A stretch of 64,000 nt of DNA from Eledone cirrhosa (GCA_964016885.1 OZ024740.1:47306001-47370000); one strand, 5' to 3'; shown: positions 26,801 through 39,723, counted from the stretch's first letter. Made by a program: numbers and translations. Notes: a model not told the origin generated them from the letters alone.

Positions 26801-27532
26801 AAAATATGCAGGGAAGATTCCTGTTGATCGACGAAAGTACCGATTACTCATAACAATTTCTGCAAAGTTTAGAGGATTAGATATGTGTGGGATATGTGTA
26901 GGTGAGGTAGGATAGGAGGAAAGTTGATTTGGTTAAGGGTACATGAGAGAAGGTGACACGAGACCAGCTAAATAGAAAGAGTAGAGGCCTTGGTGGTAGC
27001 CATAGAAAATTGCCAATCAAGAATGGCTTAAATTAATTCTGGACACACAGATATCATAATCGTTCGTGTTAATTATACAATAAATACATTATTTCTTTTT
27101 TATTTGTGTATTCACACGTGTAAACATTTTAAGTCTCAATTAAGACCACTTTAGACTCGTGGTAAGCTACTGGCCCCATTCCAGTCACCCGTGTTTCTCT
27201 TATTTGCAATTCCTCTCGGGAGAGAAGAATATACATTTTATTAGACCTCTTACGATTCTGTCAATCCACCGCCTTCGCATGTTCATATACATCAAGCAGG
27301 ATATATGTCGTAGGCATGTTAGAATTTGTTTCATGTGAAAGTATCATGATACAGAGAGAGAGAGAAGGGGTATCCATGGCACCACGCTTACAGGTTTTAC
27401 CAATCATTACAAAGAGAAACTAGAAGTCCAATGTTTCACAATGAATATCCTAGTATGAGAGGAGTTCGCATGAAAAGCGGACTCAGTATGAGGGATTGGT
27501 ATTTTCAATACCAACAATAATACATATATTAT

Positions 27533-27577
27533 ACATTGGCTCAAACTGGTGAATCGATAGTAACTAGACGTTACACA

Positions 27578-27617
<40 letters not shown>

Positions 27618-27653
27618 TCTAGTTATTATCGATTCACCAGTTTGAGCCAATGT
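27533..27653. repeat. 38-bp inverted repeat enclosing a (TA)n tract
   Basis: ACATTGGCTCAAACTGGTGAATCGATAGTAACTAGACG ... CGTCTAGTTATTATCGATTCACCAGTTTGAGCCAATGT. Confidence 0.9.
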
Positions 27654-27724
27654 GGGTCCGGTTGCCAATGTGTATTGTACATTTGGTAATTACGCCGTAG
27701 TTGGTATTCTTAAGAAGCAGTGTT

Positions 27725-27938
27725 AATAATTGTTTCTACTTTAGGCACAAGGCCAGCAATTTGAAGGGGATAGGAAAGTCGATTAAATCGACTCCAGTGC
27801 ATTATTTTATCGATCCCGTGAGGATGAAAGGCAAAGCTAACCTCGGCAGGATTTGATCTCAGAACGTAAAATGACGTAACTATGTGTCGCAAAGCAAGTA
27901 GTCCGACGCTCTACCGATACTGCCAAACCACCGCCCTT
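27725..27938 (-). mobile_element. Family A SINE
   Basis: Full head (AAGGGCGGTGGTTTGGCAGTATCGGTAGAGCG), core and tail. Confidence 0.88.
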
Positions 27939-28317
27939 GTAGTAAATATATGATACAAGCGAGTTATTTAGTGAGCCTGTCACAACTTTTTCCGTGCGAA
28001 TGGGCTATAAATTACTGAGAGGCACTCAACAAACTAACGCACGCACACATACATGGTAGGAGTCATTGTTTTTCTATGTGAAACAGAATACAATGAAACC
28101 TTTTCTATATTATGATTTGCTTTTGAGTTTATTTATTTCGGGGTGTTGCGTTGCCAAACATTTTCCCGTTCATATATTTGACTAGAAAGATTAACTTCCT
28201 TCGTTTCATATAATTTTTAATCACAAATAATCACAAACAGTTATTGACGTTATCAGCTACCTCTGCTTGGAGAGTAAATAAGATTGCTGAACATATTTCG
28301 AAGTCGTTGAAAACTAG

Positions 28318-28436
28318 TTTTCACATACTCCTATAGCATTTATGTTGTTTCACATTTATGTTGTTTCACATACTCCTATAGCATTTATGTTGTTTCACAT
28401 TTATGTTGTTTCACATACTCCTATAGCATTTATGTT
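28318..28436. repeat. 45-bp minisatellite, about 2.6 copies
   Basis: TCACATACTCCTATAGCATTTATG at 28321, 28366 and 28411. Confidence 0.9.
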
Positions 28437-30923
28437 TGTTGAATATGTGTTGTTGTTTTTTGTTGTTGTTTTTGTAATAAAGTTCGTGTGGGTTTATCAA
28501 TATTGGTGGTGTGTCTTTTCGGTTGTGCATTTTTATGGGAATGTGGGTGCATGCGGTTGTGCGTGTGTAAGTTGGCATATGTGTAGGTGTGTGATAACGT
28601 GTGTCAGTGATAGCTTTTGTGTACGCATATGTTGTGCGTGTATGTGTGGGTTTGAAAGGTGCCCTGAAAACGGGGGGAAATGAGGCAAAATGGTGAGATT
28701 TTACATAATGAAAGCTATACCCATTTTCATAAGAGAAGACATCTCTCACCCACCACAAGAGTTGACAGGTCTGGATATATAATATGATTTGAGTATGTGC
28801 GTGTTATTTAAATGTGTAGTTTTCAAGACGACATTAGTAGCTTGTATTGCTTTTACTTTTTCTCTGAAATATTTGCTTTATACGGCTAAATACAACGCTA
28901 ATTGGATTGTGTAACTCCAATATTCATGCGTGGACTTCCAAGGTTTTGAAGTTATTTTGTGGTGACAGTATCGATTTTTACTTAGCAACATATAATTTTC
29001 ATTTCACTTTTAGAATAATTACATCGACTGTAGTGTAATTACAACGTAGGAACTAAATATATGGCCAAATTCGTAATGAAACAATGTATCTTATCCACAA
29101 ACATAATATATGAAGGGTAGACCTAAATTATTACTTATTTTGACACCATCACTAAATGGAGTCTATCCTCTTGCAATTATTCATGCCATCACTTGAGTGG
29201 TTCTCATGATCGTTATTGAACCCCTGGCCCTACCTCTGAAAATAAATATTGATTATTCTAGAACAGTAGTAAATAAACGCTTCAAACTCATTCTTCGCGT
29301 GGTTCCAAAACAGGAAAATGTATAATGAGAGGATATCCAGATATGTGTATGTCACTGGGTGATCTTAAAACCTTTATGTTCATAAAAAAGTGATTAAGCA
29401 GGTATATAATCAACGGTATTGCAGACATGGCTATACCCCTTTTCAAGCATAAGTTGACTACGATATATAACATGCCTCTCCTTTCCTTTATAAGACTGTA
29501 TGATCTGATTTGAGGAAGATTTAGCTGTTAGAGCAAATCAAGCAACCAAGTAATGGCTTCCTCATATAGGAAACATAACACTGAAATAGTTTTCTCCTGC
29601 AGTTTTCAACACCGTGGAAAATTTCGATTTAGTGTAGTTTAATAAAATAACTGCCAATATATAATCTTTTTACAGCTTGCAGTAGTATACTGCATCTTGT
29701 CTGAGTATCTCATTACAGCTAAAATGGGTGAGCAATGGAGATAACTTCCCATCAATAGAGCAATATCTTACCGGCTCACTGAAGTGTGAAGATTTCATCA
29801 ATGGTGTTATTTTCCTTATAAAGTAATAATAAAATCGACACTAAAATAGACGTTAGGTTGATATTTGCTGGAGTTAAAAGATACGGTTTCTTTTAAAGTT
29901 AAAGGTGCTAAAAAAGACTCAGACCATTAAAGTTTTCTCGTTTGAAGTAGAGTCTTACCAGGTTCAAATATATATTACAGATGACTAAACTAAAACTGAT
30001 TTTATTTCATACTACAAATTCTAACCTAGTTATGACAATATAAAGTTTCAAGAAATACCTCTGCAAGTCAACCCGACATACAAAATGTTTACTGAACCAT
30101 GGCCGGGATAATAAAGGTAGATAACATTTGGATCAATGAGATACATAATAAGGTTAAAGATAAACCTAAGCTTTTGTTTCTTATGTGCAACGTTAGAAAC
30201 TACATTCCCGTGAAAAAACACAAGGAAGATGGTGGATTTGAATTCTAAAAAGTGTTGATTATAAATGTAAATAGAAGTAAAAATAGATTAAAATAATATT
30301 AAATCAGACCAGAAAAAGAAGCAGGGATTAATAAACGGAATAAGGTAGATGTTAACAACTGTAATATTATTTTGTTTAAATACTTAGTTGAAGGAATAGT
30401 GAACATGATAAACTTTCAAAGATTAGTATCCAACTGCGAGTTAGTCCTCATCTTCGACAACATCAATACTAGATAAATGTTGAAGAGGAGTCGATTAAAT
30501 TGAATTTAACCCTACCCAACATTTATGAAGTTATTTCTCAAAAATAGCAATCAGTAATTAAATCGTAAGAATATATTGATATCAGATTTTTTTTAAATGA
30601 AAATTTCTGTAAAAGCAGTGTGAAAAATTGATACCTCAAATCACATTACTTTTATCATTCTTAAAATATTGGTTATGGAATCAGAAAAACTTATGTCTTG
30701 AATGTATGAATATATCTTAGATTTCTATTTGTCATTCCTATAAGGAAGAATTATTTAGACAGTAGAAGTAAATATTGATGGATATTAACTGAGTTCTCTA
30801 TTATTTTAAATATTCTTTCCATCGCCCAATAATACATGTATTTTTATCATTTATACTTGATTTGAAATTACGTACAGATAATTTAATTGTTTATTTTATC
30901 TCTATATATTTCATTTTGAAGCC

Positions 30924-30995
30924 GAACTAACTCTTACATTTCTTTTCTTTACTTTTAGGTAAGTGTCTTCCGAAATATCCATATTGATGGTGAGA
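30924..30995 (+). promoter_or_regulatory. Candidate recursive splice site (3' splice site immediately followed by a 5' splice site) with a possible 31-nt RS-exon
   Basis: ACTAAC branch point (30926-30931), pyrimidine tract TCTTACATTTCTTTTCTTTACTTT, TAG|GTAAGT at 30958/30959, and a second donor-like ATG|GTGAGA at 30990. Confidence 0.5.
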
Positions 30996-32238
30996 GTATT
31001 TCAATGTTGTATCTTTGTTTATTTTCTATATTTACCTTTATCTTTATTTTTCTTTGTAATAAGGAACGTTGAGATGCTTTTTTTTATTTGTCATATAATC
31101 CTATAATTCAAAGGAAGGGAAACCCAGTGTGACATTTATGCTTATCTTAAAAGTACTAGATACATTACTTGAGAATGATATGAACATACCTCAATAATAT
31201 ACCACAACCATTCCACTGGAATACATATTATAATGTTGGGGAATAACAGTTGAAATATAGAAGACTTTTATGTGAAGCATAGCCAAATAAGTTGATTAAT
31301 GTTTCATTATAAATGAAAAACAATGTTTTCACGCCAGAAATAGTTGAATCTAGTTACGTGCAACGTGACGTATTTGGAAAAATCAAATCCGATCACGTCT
31401 TAATAATTAAACTATTAATACTTAAATGACTATCATATTAGTTTATTGGGCCATCACTGAATACTCTATCTGTATATCTTATTACATACAAGAGACATCA
31501 GAATTCAATTGCTTTAATCATATGTGGACTTTAATGATATTTTATTTGCAACAGAAATAAAGTAAATAAGTTTCCAGTTGCCTTTTCTAGGTTTACAAGA
31601 CCTAAAAACTATACTGAAAGTGAATGGAACATTCATAAAACTTACATGACTGTTAACAGCATATAATTATTGAAACAACCGTAGGGTAAATAACTTAGAG
31701 CTAGACATACTCATATTAAGGGGACTTAAAAGTTATGTCGGTGGACACAACATAACTTCAGGCTGACTTCATCTCAACTATATGTATTCATATTAAATGC
31801 ATTGTCGGCAATGGATTACGAAAAGAAAATATACGTTTTTCGTGAGCCAAAATATCTAAAACCCTGTTTTGATTCCTATTAATATATTTCGAGAAGACAT
31901 GAATGTTGCAAATACTTGTTTCCTCTAATAATTTTCACTTGTATACCTTTATAAAAAAAGTATTATATGAGGAACATCCCAGAAGAGAGGAAAATTACTC
32001 TCAGTCACACTGATTGCTTGCTGGTACATATTCAAACATGTTATGTTATCATGCACTTGGTAAATATATAAAGATTCCAAGTCAGTATTTTCCTTTTTTC
32101 TTAAAGGATTCTAGGCATCACTGTCATGTGTTAAATGTTCCAAAAGGTAAAACAAATATAATGCATTTTTGCATATATTTTAACTCAATTAAATACATAT
32201 TTGCGCGCGCGCGCACGCACACACACAAACACACACAA

Positions 32239-32292
<54 letters not shown>

Positions 32293-32561
32293 GTATATAT
32301 ATATATATATATACTGTATATATGTGTGTGTGTGTGCATGTGTGTATAAATATATATAAATATATATATATAAACATTTCCCCTTTTCAATGTCTTTCCA
32401 CCCCTCCCCCTTACACCATCTCGGAACTCTTTTCCTTCCAACCTTTTTTCCTTATGAAGGGCTTATGCCCGAAACCTCGTCCCCCATCCCCCACTCTCAA
32501 GCGTGAACCTAATATCAACACTGTTCGTGCTGCACTCTTTGTTATTGTTATAGTTTTTACT

Positions 32562-32622
<61 letters not shown>

Positions 32623-32628
<6 letters not shown>

Positions 32629-32813
32629 GTTTCTACTTTTGGCACAAGGTCAGCAATTATCCCAGTGCATTACTGGTACTTTATTTTATCGACCCCGTAA
32701 GGATGAAAGGCAAAGTTAACCTCGGCGGCATTTGAACTCAGAATGACAAGGGCCGTAACTCTATGCGTCAAAGCATGGCGTCCGACCCTCTACCGATACT
32801 GCCAATCCACCAC
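32623..32813 (-). mobile_element. Family A SINE
   Basis: A box, B box, core and tail present. Confidence 0.88.
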
Positions 32814-32936
32814 CATATAATGATTCCAGTTCCTCGGAGGAATAACAACACACCCAGGAGCTGGACGTATCGATGTATTGACGGGGTAAAACACACTTCA
32901 ACAACATGTGTACCTGTCTTTTCCACACCAATTCGG

Positions 32937-32989
32937 ACTGCCTGAAGAGGTCACTGCATGATGGCTGTCACCGAAATATATATAGCAGT
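32937..32989 (+). ncRNA. Type I hammerhead ribozyme, canonical core
   Basis: ACTGC-CTGAAGA-GGTCAC(TGCATGATGGCT)GTCACC-GAAA-TATATA-TA-GCAGT: 5-bp stem I, palindromic loop 3, one mismatch in stem II. Confidence 0.75.
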
Positions 32990-33149
32990 AATTTTTAATT
33001 TATAATAAACGAAGCCAAATTTTACATATTTGACTTAATTATTTTACATTACTCCGGAGTAAACAAACCAACCTGCGTACTTCGTCGAGTGCTCCAATCT
33101 GCATACTGAGGTGTCGGTAAACAACCAACATATACTCAAAATATATGTA

Positions 33150-33338
33150 TATAACGAAGGAAGTGTGGTAAGGAACCAGATGGACCATAACGCACCAGAG
33201 TACTCAATACTTAGAGTAGTAGAGTGGGTAATAGGAAAATGTTTAACCCCGACGGTAGATCTCAAGCCTTTTCGATGGCTATTTCTGTCCAGAAATAGCC
33301 GTCGAAACGGCTTGAGCTCTGGCGTTGGGGTTAAACAT

Positions 33339-33342
<4 letters not shown>
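33150..33342 (+). mobile_element. Family C repeat ending in a ~108-bp fold-back (33235-33342)
   Basis: GAAAATGTTTAACCCC...GGCTATTTCTG|TCCAGAAATAGCC...GGGGTTAAACATTTTC. Confidence 0.8.
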
Positions 33343-33387
<45 letters not shown>

Positions 33388-36224
33388 CTGGTATATATAT
33401 ATTCATATATATGTATATATACATATATATAAATATATATATATACCAGTATATTTTTGTGTGTATATAATTATTTATGTCTGTACTTGCGTATATAACT
33501 GTGTATACGTATGACTATACAACCAACTATAGAATTAGAAAAAAAAAAACAAAAAAAAAAATGAATCGCATCCTGATTCAATTAATCTTAGGAATTCTTT
33601 GCTAGATTGTTGATGCGGTAATCTTGCTCCCCAACAACAAAATTGCCTTTTTAACAATCTGCTTCTCCCCATTACTCCACACTTTAGATTTCTTACACCT
33701 CTACCATTCTCTCAACACTATCCCCCCCCCCCCCCATTACCATACTAACTACTGTACCCTCCCACCCGAGTAGCATTTACTTTGACTTATAACAACTCTG
33801 ACACTTAGAATCATACCAGACAGTAAGCGAAAAAGAAAAAAACCTGCTCACATTTGCTTTTTCCTAAAATAGCATCGCAGATGAGTTTCTATTTTGGGGA
33901 CGAGAAATTGCTTATATTTCTAGGTCATCTGGGATTTTGTTGAGTAAAAAGAAAAACAAAGGACCTGGATATTACGGCTGTATTTTATCCCCGGTAGCAG
34001 CTGTCAGAAAGCGAGGTGCATGTATGTAACATAGACATCATATATCTGTCACTTGACAGTTTTATATGATTTAAGAACACACGTACTGTTTGAATGTACT
34101 TTGTGTTTACTGTGTCAAAATATATATATTTTTCTTTGGTGGGTCTCCTTTTAAACTTATTCTTTTCTACAGGAGAACATGTTAGAATTCTTTTAAGAGA
34201 CTACTGATGAAACGATATCAATTTAAGGCGCTCTTACAATTAGCTCAGGTATAAAGACGAATAATGTATAGGCATTTGAATAAATAAGAACACTACTAAA
34301 GACAACAAATTACCTCCCGTTGATAGGAGCTTGCCTCTTTGTTGCAGGAGTAATATATTATTGACGATTGTAGCGCTGATTTCCTGTTCTCCAGCGAAGA
34401 GAAGTAACATCACCTCTATGTTCTGAGGTTGAGGTATAAGCAGAAATAAGTGGAAATACTCGTGCTATATAATGACTGATAGTTGTTTCTAATGTACTAT
34501 TCTATGACGACCGCAAGATTGGAGCGTCGGCGGCCGGTCTGGGGAGGGAGCCCCACGAGCTTGAGTGGCTGTTACAGCGGGTGTCACTGGCGGAGCGCAG
34601 CACTCCTTCCCCCTTGCCCTAGGCCCAAACCCCAATCACCCCCATTCACCCCCCCCCCCCCGCGCTTCTGCGAAACCACAGCTCTTGCCATCCCCTCCCT
34701 TTCTCGTTCTTTTTCTTATTTCTTTTTTCCTAAATTTCCCTATTCTTTCTTTCTTTTTGTTTCCCCTTCTTTTAATTTTTTCTTACTAAATAAAGTTTGT
34801 TTTTTGCTTTTGCATATATTAGCAAATTGTTAGCAAATGAAACCTGAGATATAAAGTTGGAATAGTATAAATAACAACTCAAATTTTATAGTTATTTTAT
34901 TTGATGGGACCTGTACCTTTTGTAATGAAACTGGTCACACTATTTTAAGATGTTTTTTGTTTTTATATATTCAAATGAAATCAGAAAAAAAAAAAAATTA
35001 TTCAAATAAATCTACCAAGCTTATACATCTTTGAATCAATACATTTGAGTGATCTCTTGTTGCCATTGACAAAACATATTCATCTATTTCTTGAGCGAAT
35101 GTTCGGAATTATTTCTCATAACTAGCAACATGATATGCTTATAAATGGGTACTTAATTATTACATTCTGAACTTTTTCTGTAGGATTTTAGAGTAAGGTA
35201 AATTGCCTCTCTACTTCTTAATGGGTCGCACTTTCGTAAACCCCCTAGAAATATATGTAGCATGTCTTTTGTGAGGTAGTGAATTCCATAAACAATTAGG
35301 TTGTAGGGTACCATTTAAGATTGGGTCTTCGTGTGATCTTAAACAATCATCTTAATTAAACCCATCCCTCAGTAAGTTAATGGTCTCGAGTTAAGAACAT
35401 TTACTCCTCCCTAACCTTCCGTACACAATCACCATCCAGACTTAACTGCTTCCTTAAGCAGAGATCAGGAGAGCGTCTTCTAAAATAGATATAGCAAGTC
35501 AGTTTCTTTTGCAGAATAAGTATTTCTTAATTAATTATTTACGTTGTCTAACTAATGCAAATTAGGCTAGACACTCATAGGGTAGTTATGATCTGATGAA
35601 GAGATCACAATCCCCGAAATGCATATATATATTACAGGTGTTTCTGGGCACAGAGGGAATATTAGGACGTGTTTACATTTCAATTCCTTTTTGCAGATCA
35701 CTTAAAAGAATATAATTGACACCTAAGACAATTAATGTGGACAACACTTTAATTTCATTATTTTTTCTATCTCCGTCATTTCAAGAGGTTTTCAAATTTA
35801 ATAGTAGATTTTAATAACAGCCGAAATTCTGATACAAACAATACAAGCGTATCGTTTTTCATGTATTCATTTATTCAGCTGTGACTCAGCTATGAGATGT
35901 AATATACAGACACAAGGAAACATATACACTCGCATTCACATAGACTCACATATCTATGCACACTCAAACACACGCGCATGTGAAGGCGCATGGCTTAGTG
36001 GTTAAAGTATTGAGCTTGCAATCGAAAGGTGGTGAGTTCAATTCTCGAACCGGGTGATGTGTTGTTTCCTTGAACAAGACACTTTATTTCACGTTGCTCC
36101 AGTTTATTCAGCTGTATAAATGAGATGATAGGACTGGGGTCTCTATCATTAAATCACCCTAGACACCTCCAACGAGATATACCTTGGAGGAGGCCAGCTA
36201 AACCTGCATAGGTGTGAGATACAT

Positions 36225-36257
<33 letters not shown>

Positions 36258-36642
36258 AAGAGAGAGAAAGAGAGAGGGTGGGAGAGGGTGACGGAAAATG
36301 AATGATTTGTAATTATAACGAAAATATTTTATTTGCGCTAAGTGATTAACAGAGAGTTCAAAGAAAGTGAAATGGTGTGAGTGTGAGTATATTTTTTACA
36401 CGGTGGTATAGAGAGTGGTGACAAGGAAAATCACTCAAAACACCTCGAAAATAGATATGGTCGGTTTGCCTTATAAAACATTCTACAAAAGTGCAAATCA
36501 TATAAAATCATCTAAAATCATCTAAAATCAATATTTGTAATATGAGAATATATACTTTGGAGTTAGAAGGGAAACATTTTTTGGTGTAGTGTGATTAATA
36601 GAAACGTCAATAAAAATACAAAAAGATAAATCAGATTTAGAG

Positions 36643-37439
36643 CAACAAAATAATTGTTTCTACTTTTGGCACAAGGCCAGCAATTACCCAGTGTATTAGT
36701 GCTACTTTATTTTATCGACCCCGTAAGGATGAAAGGCAAAGTTAACCTCGGAGGGATTTGAACTCAGATCATAAAGGGACGCAACTCTATGCTTCAAAGC
36801 ATGGTGTCCGACTCTCTACCTATACTGCCAATCCACCGCCTTGATAATTGTTTCTTATTTTGGCACAACCCCAACAGTTACCCAGTACATTACTGGTACT
36901 TTATTTTATCGACCCCGTTAGGATGAAAGGCAAAGTTGGCATCGGCAGGATTTGAAATCAGAATGGAAAGGGCCGTAACTCTATGCTTCAAAGCATGACG
37001 TCCGACCCTCTACCGATACTGCCAATCCACCAACAAAATAATTGTTTCTACGTTTGGCACAAGGCCAGCAATTACCCAGTGCATTACTGGTACTTTATTT
37101 TATCGACCCCCGTAAGGATGAAAGGCAAAGTTAACCTCGGCGGGATTTGAACTCAGAATGGAAAGGGCCGTAACTCTTTGCGTCAAAGCATGGCATCCGA
37201 CCCTCTACCGACACTGCCAATCCACCGCCCGATACAAATAATTGTTTCTACTTTAGGCACAAGGCCAGCAATTACCCAGTACATTACTGGTACTTTATTT
37301 TATCGACCCCGTAAGGATGAAAGGCAAAGTTAACCTCGGCGGGATTTGAACTCAGACTGTAAAGGGACGTAACTATGCTAGAAAGCATGGCGTCCAACCC
37401 TCTACCGATACTGCCAATTCACCGCCCGATACAAATAAT
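36643..37439 (-). mobile_element. Head-to-tail array of four family A SINEs (~190-200 bp units)
   Basis: Units at ~36650-36842, 36843-37032, 37037-37230 and 37237-37427, each with A and B boxes, core and tail. Confidence 0.93.
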
Positions 37440-37523
37440 GATATATAATGAGTCACTTGAAAATAAAATCAAGCTATATAGTGAAATAAACATACAATAC
37501 AATCCATATCTTCAACGAGTACT

Positions 37524-37591
<68 letters not shown>

Positions 37592-37691
37592 ATGAATGAA
37601 GTAATTCCGTTGGAAAGGTCCAGGAAAAAAGAGTGCTCTATGTAGGTTACAGAGCTTAATAGTTATGTAATAAACAACATAAGGTCATTAT

Positions 37692-37750
37692 TTCATTTAC
37701 GAGTGGTTTCTTGAAAGCAAACGAAATTTGCTTTCATTCATCAGAATGAA
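37692..37750 (-). ncRNA. Type I hammerhead ribozyme (left arm of palindrome)
   Basis: Minus strand: TTCATT-CTGATGA-ATGAAAGCAAA(TTTCG)TTTGCTTTCAA-GAAAC-CACTC-GTA-AATGAA. Confidence 0.75.
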
Positions 37751-37875
37751 AAAACCCTGGTGTATTTATTGACTGGATTTTAAAAACAAAAATATAATCT
37801 ATAAATATAATCTATAATAGATATAAATTATATTTTTGTTTTTAAAATCCAGTCAATAAAAACACCAGGGTTTTG

Positions 37876-37934
37876 TTCATTCTGATGAATGAAAGCAAAT
37901 TTCGTTTGCTTTCAAGAAACCACTGGTAAATGAA
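37876..37934 (+). ncRNA. Type I hammerhead ribozyme (right arm of palindrome), canonical core
   Basis: TTCATT-CTGATGA-ATGAAAGCAAA(TTTCG)TTTGCTTTCAA-GAAACC(ACT)GGTA-AATGAA: 6-bp stem I, 10-bp stem II, GUA triplet at 37926-37928. Confidence 0.82.
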
Positions 37935-38159
37935 ATAATTATCTTATGTTGTTTATTACATAAATATATATATATATATATATAACGAAGGAAATGTGGT
38001 AAGGAAGCAGGTGGACCATAACGCACCAAAGTACTCAATACTTAGGGTAGTAGAGTGGGTAATAGGAACGACGTCCAGAATTAGCCGTCGAAACGGCTTG
38101 AGCTCAGCCGTCAGGGTCCCACTCGTTCCTATATATATGTGTGTATATATATATATGTA

Positions 38160-38206
<47 letters not shown>

Positions 38207-38293
38207 ATATATATATACAGTATATATATATAGCAATAATAATAAATTTGAAGACTAAAATCCAAATCTGTTATTTTAATAAATATATATATA

Positions 38294-38357
<64 letters not shown>

Positions 38358-38358
38358 C

Positions 38359-38400
<42 letters not shown>

Positions 38401-38402
<2 letters not shown>

Positions 38403-38830
38403 GCTGTAGTGGAGTCTGTGCTGCTGTACGGGTCAGAGACTTGGACACTGACCAAGAAACTCACTCAGATGGTGGATGGGTGCTACACGAGAATGCTGAG
38501 GATGGCTCTGAACATTAATCAGTATACACTGAGGATGAAGAACTCAGAGCTGTATAGGAGCCTCCCAAAAGTCAGCTCAAAAGTGACACAGAGGAGACTA
38601 AGGTTAGCTGGACATGCTCACCGACATCCAGAGTTGACATTACACTCAGTGCTCCCGTGGGAGCCCCTACATGGACACACTGGAAGAGGAAGACCGAGGT
38701 TAACATATGTTGATGTCCCAAGGACAGACACTGGTCTGTTGGAGACGCAGGACATGGCAGCGATAATGAGGGACTGAGACCGCTGGTGAGAACTTGTTCA
38801 TGGATCTCGGGAATTTTACCCGCCCAAGAT
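38401..38830 (+). mobile_element. RTE-clade LINE, 3' fragment
   Basis: [19 protein letters not shown]...DGCYTRMLRMALNI...RRLRLAGH..RH...GRGRPRLTYVD, the C-terminal signature of RTE ORFs. Flanked by (TA)n. Confidence 0.9.
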
Positions 38831-38980
38831 ATATATATATATACTTCGGATGCCACAGTATCTTTCTTGATTGCCTATTATTACATAGTGTAGCAATAAT
38901 GGACTGAAATTCTGATGAAACAATTGTTAATACGATTAAATCCTTTTGTAACTGTTTACCTTCGTCGTATTTCTCTTTTT

Positions 38981-39019
<39 letters not shown>

Positions 39020-39595
39020 GACGATCGACAAAATCCCAGAGCCCCCCCCCCCCCCATTCGATTAACGAGTAGTGTGGAGCCAGTTAGACGGAGCAACGGG
39101 AACTAAAGTGTCTTGCTCAAGGACAAAACGTATAGCCCGGTGCGGGAAACGAAATTGCAACCTCATGATTGCGAATACAATTCTCAAACCTCTCAGTCAC
39201 GCACCTTATTTATCTATGACTCAACTATGAGATGTCATAAACAGGAAATGCGCCGACACAAGTAAACACATACACATACACTCACATAGACTCACATATA
39301 TGGAAGAGGAAGACCGAGGTTAACATATGTTGATGTCCTAAGGACAGACACTGCGACTTTGTTTGCATCCAATGATGTAGACTAGTCCTTCTTTTGGGGC
39401 AAATGCATTCCATGTTCAGAGATTGGGATTGGCCCTGAGCAAAGCCTTTCCTCACTTCAAAAAAGCTTCAAGCACAGGCACTACTTCATATGTGACATGT
39501 TTTTCGTTGCATGGTATTGCTGGCAAATCGCTAGCATGACTAAAAAGCCACGTGCTTAAGTATCAAGCGATGGCATTACTCGAAATCGAGTTGCA

Positions 39596-39723
<128 letters not shown>

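Larger units (their letters stand above)
37663..37963. repeat. ~300-bp palindrome containing two outward-facing hammerheads
   Basis: Arms TTATGTAATAAACAACATAAG...AAAAATATAAT and ATTATATTTTT...CTTATGTTGTTTATTACATAA, followed by (TA)n. Confidence 0.92.

Noticed and set aside
34160-35200. Possible small exons (34173-34248 and a 14-nt candidate near 35184)
   Set aside because: Weak donors, no recognisable coding signal, and such matches are common in AT-rich DNA.
35588-35632. Hammerhead-like CTGATGA..GAAA-TGCA-TA
   Set aside because: Core and palindromic loop are present, but stem I does not pair and stem II is mismatched; a decayed relic at best.
35982-36060. tRNA gene candidates in SINE heads
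   Set aside because: A and B boxes are present, but I see no consistent cloverleaf and the sequence continues into SINE body.
36643-37439. CRISPR-like appearance of regularly spaced repeats
   Set aside because: The units are ~190-bp SINEs with Pol III boxes. There are no unique spacers or cas genes, and the context is eukaryotic.
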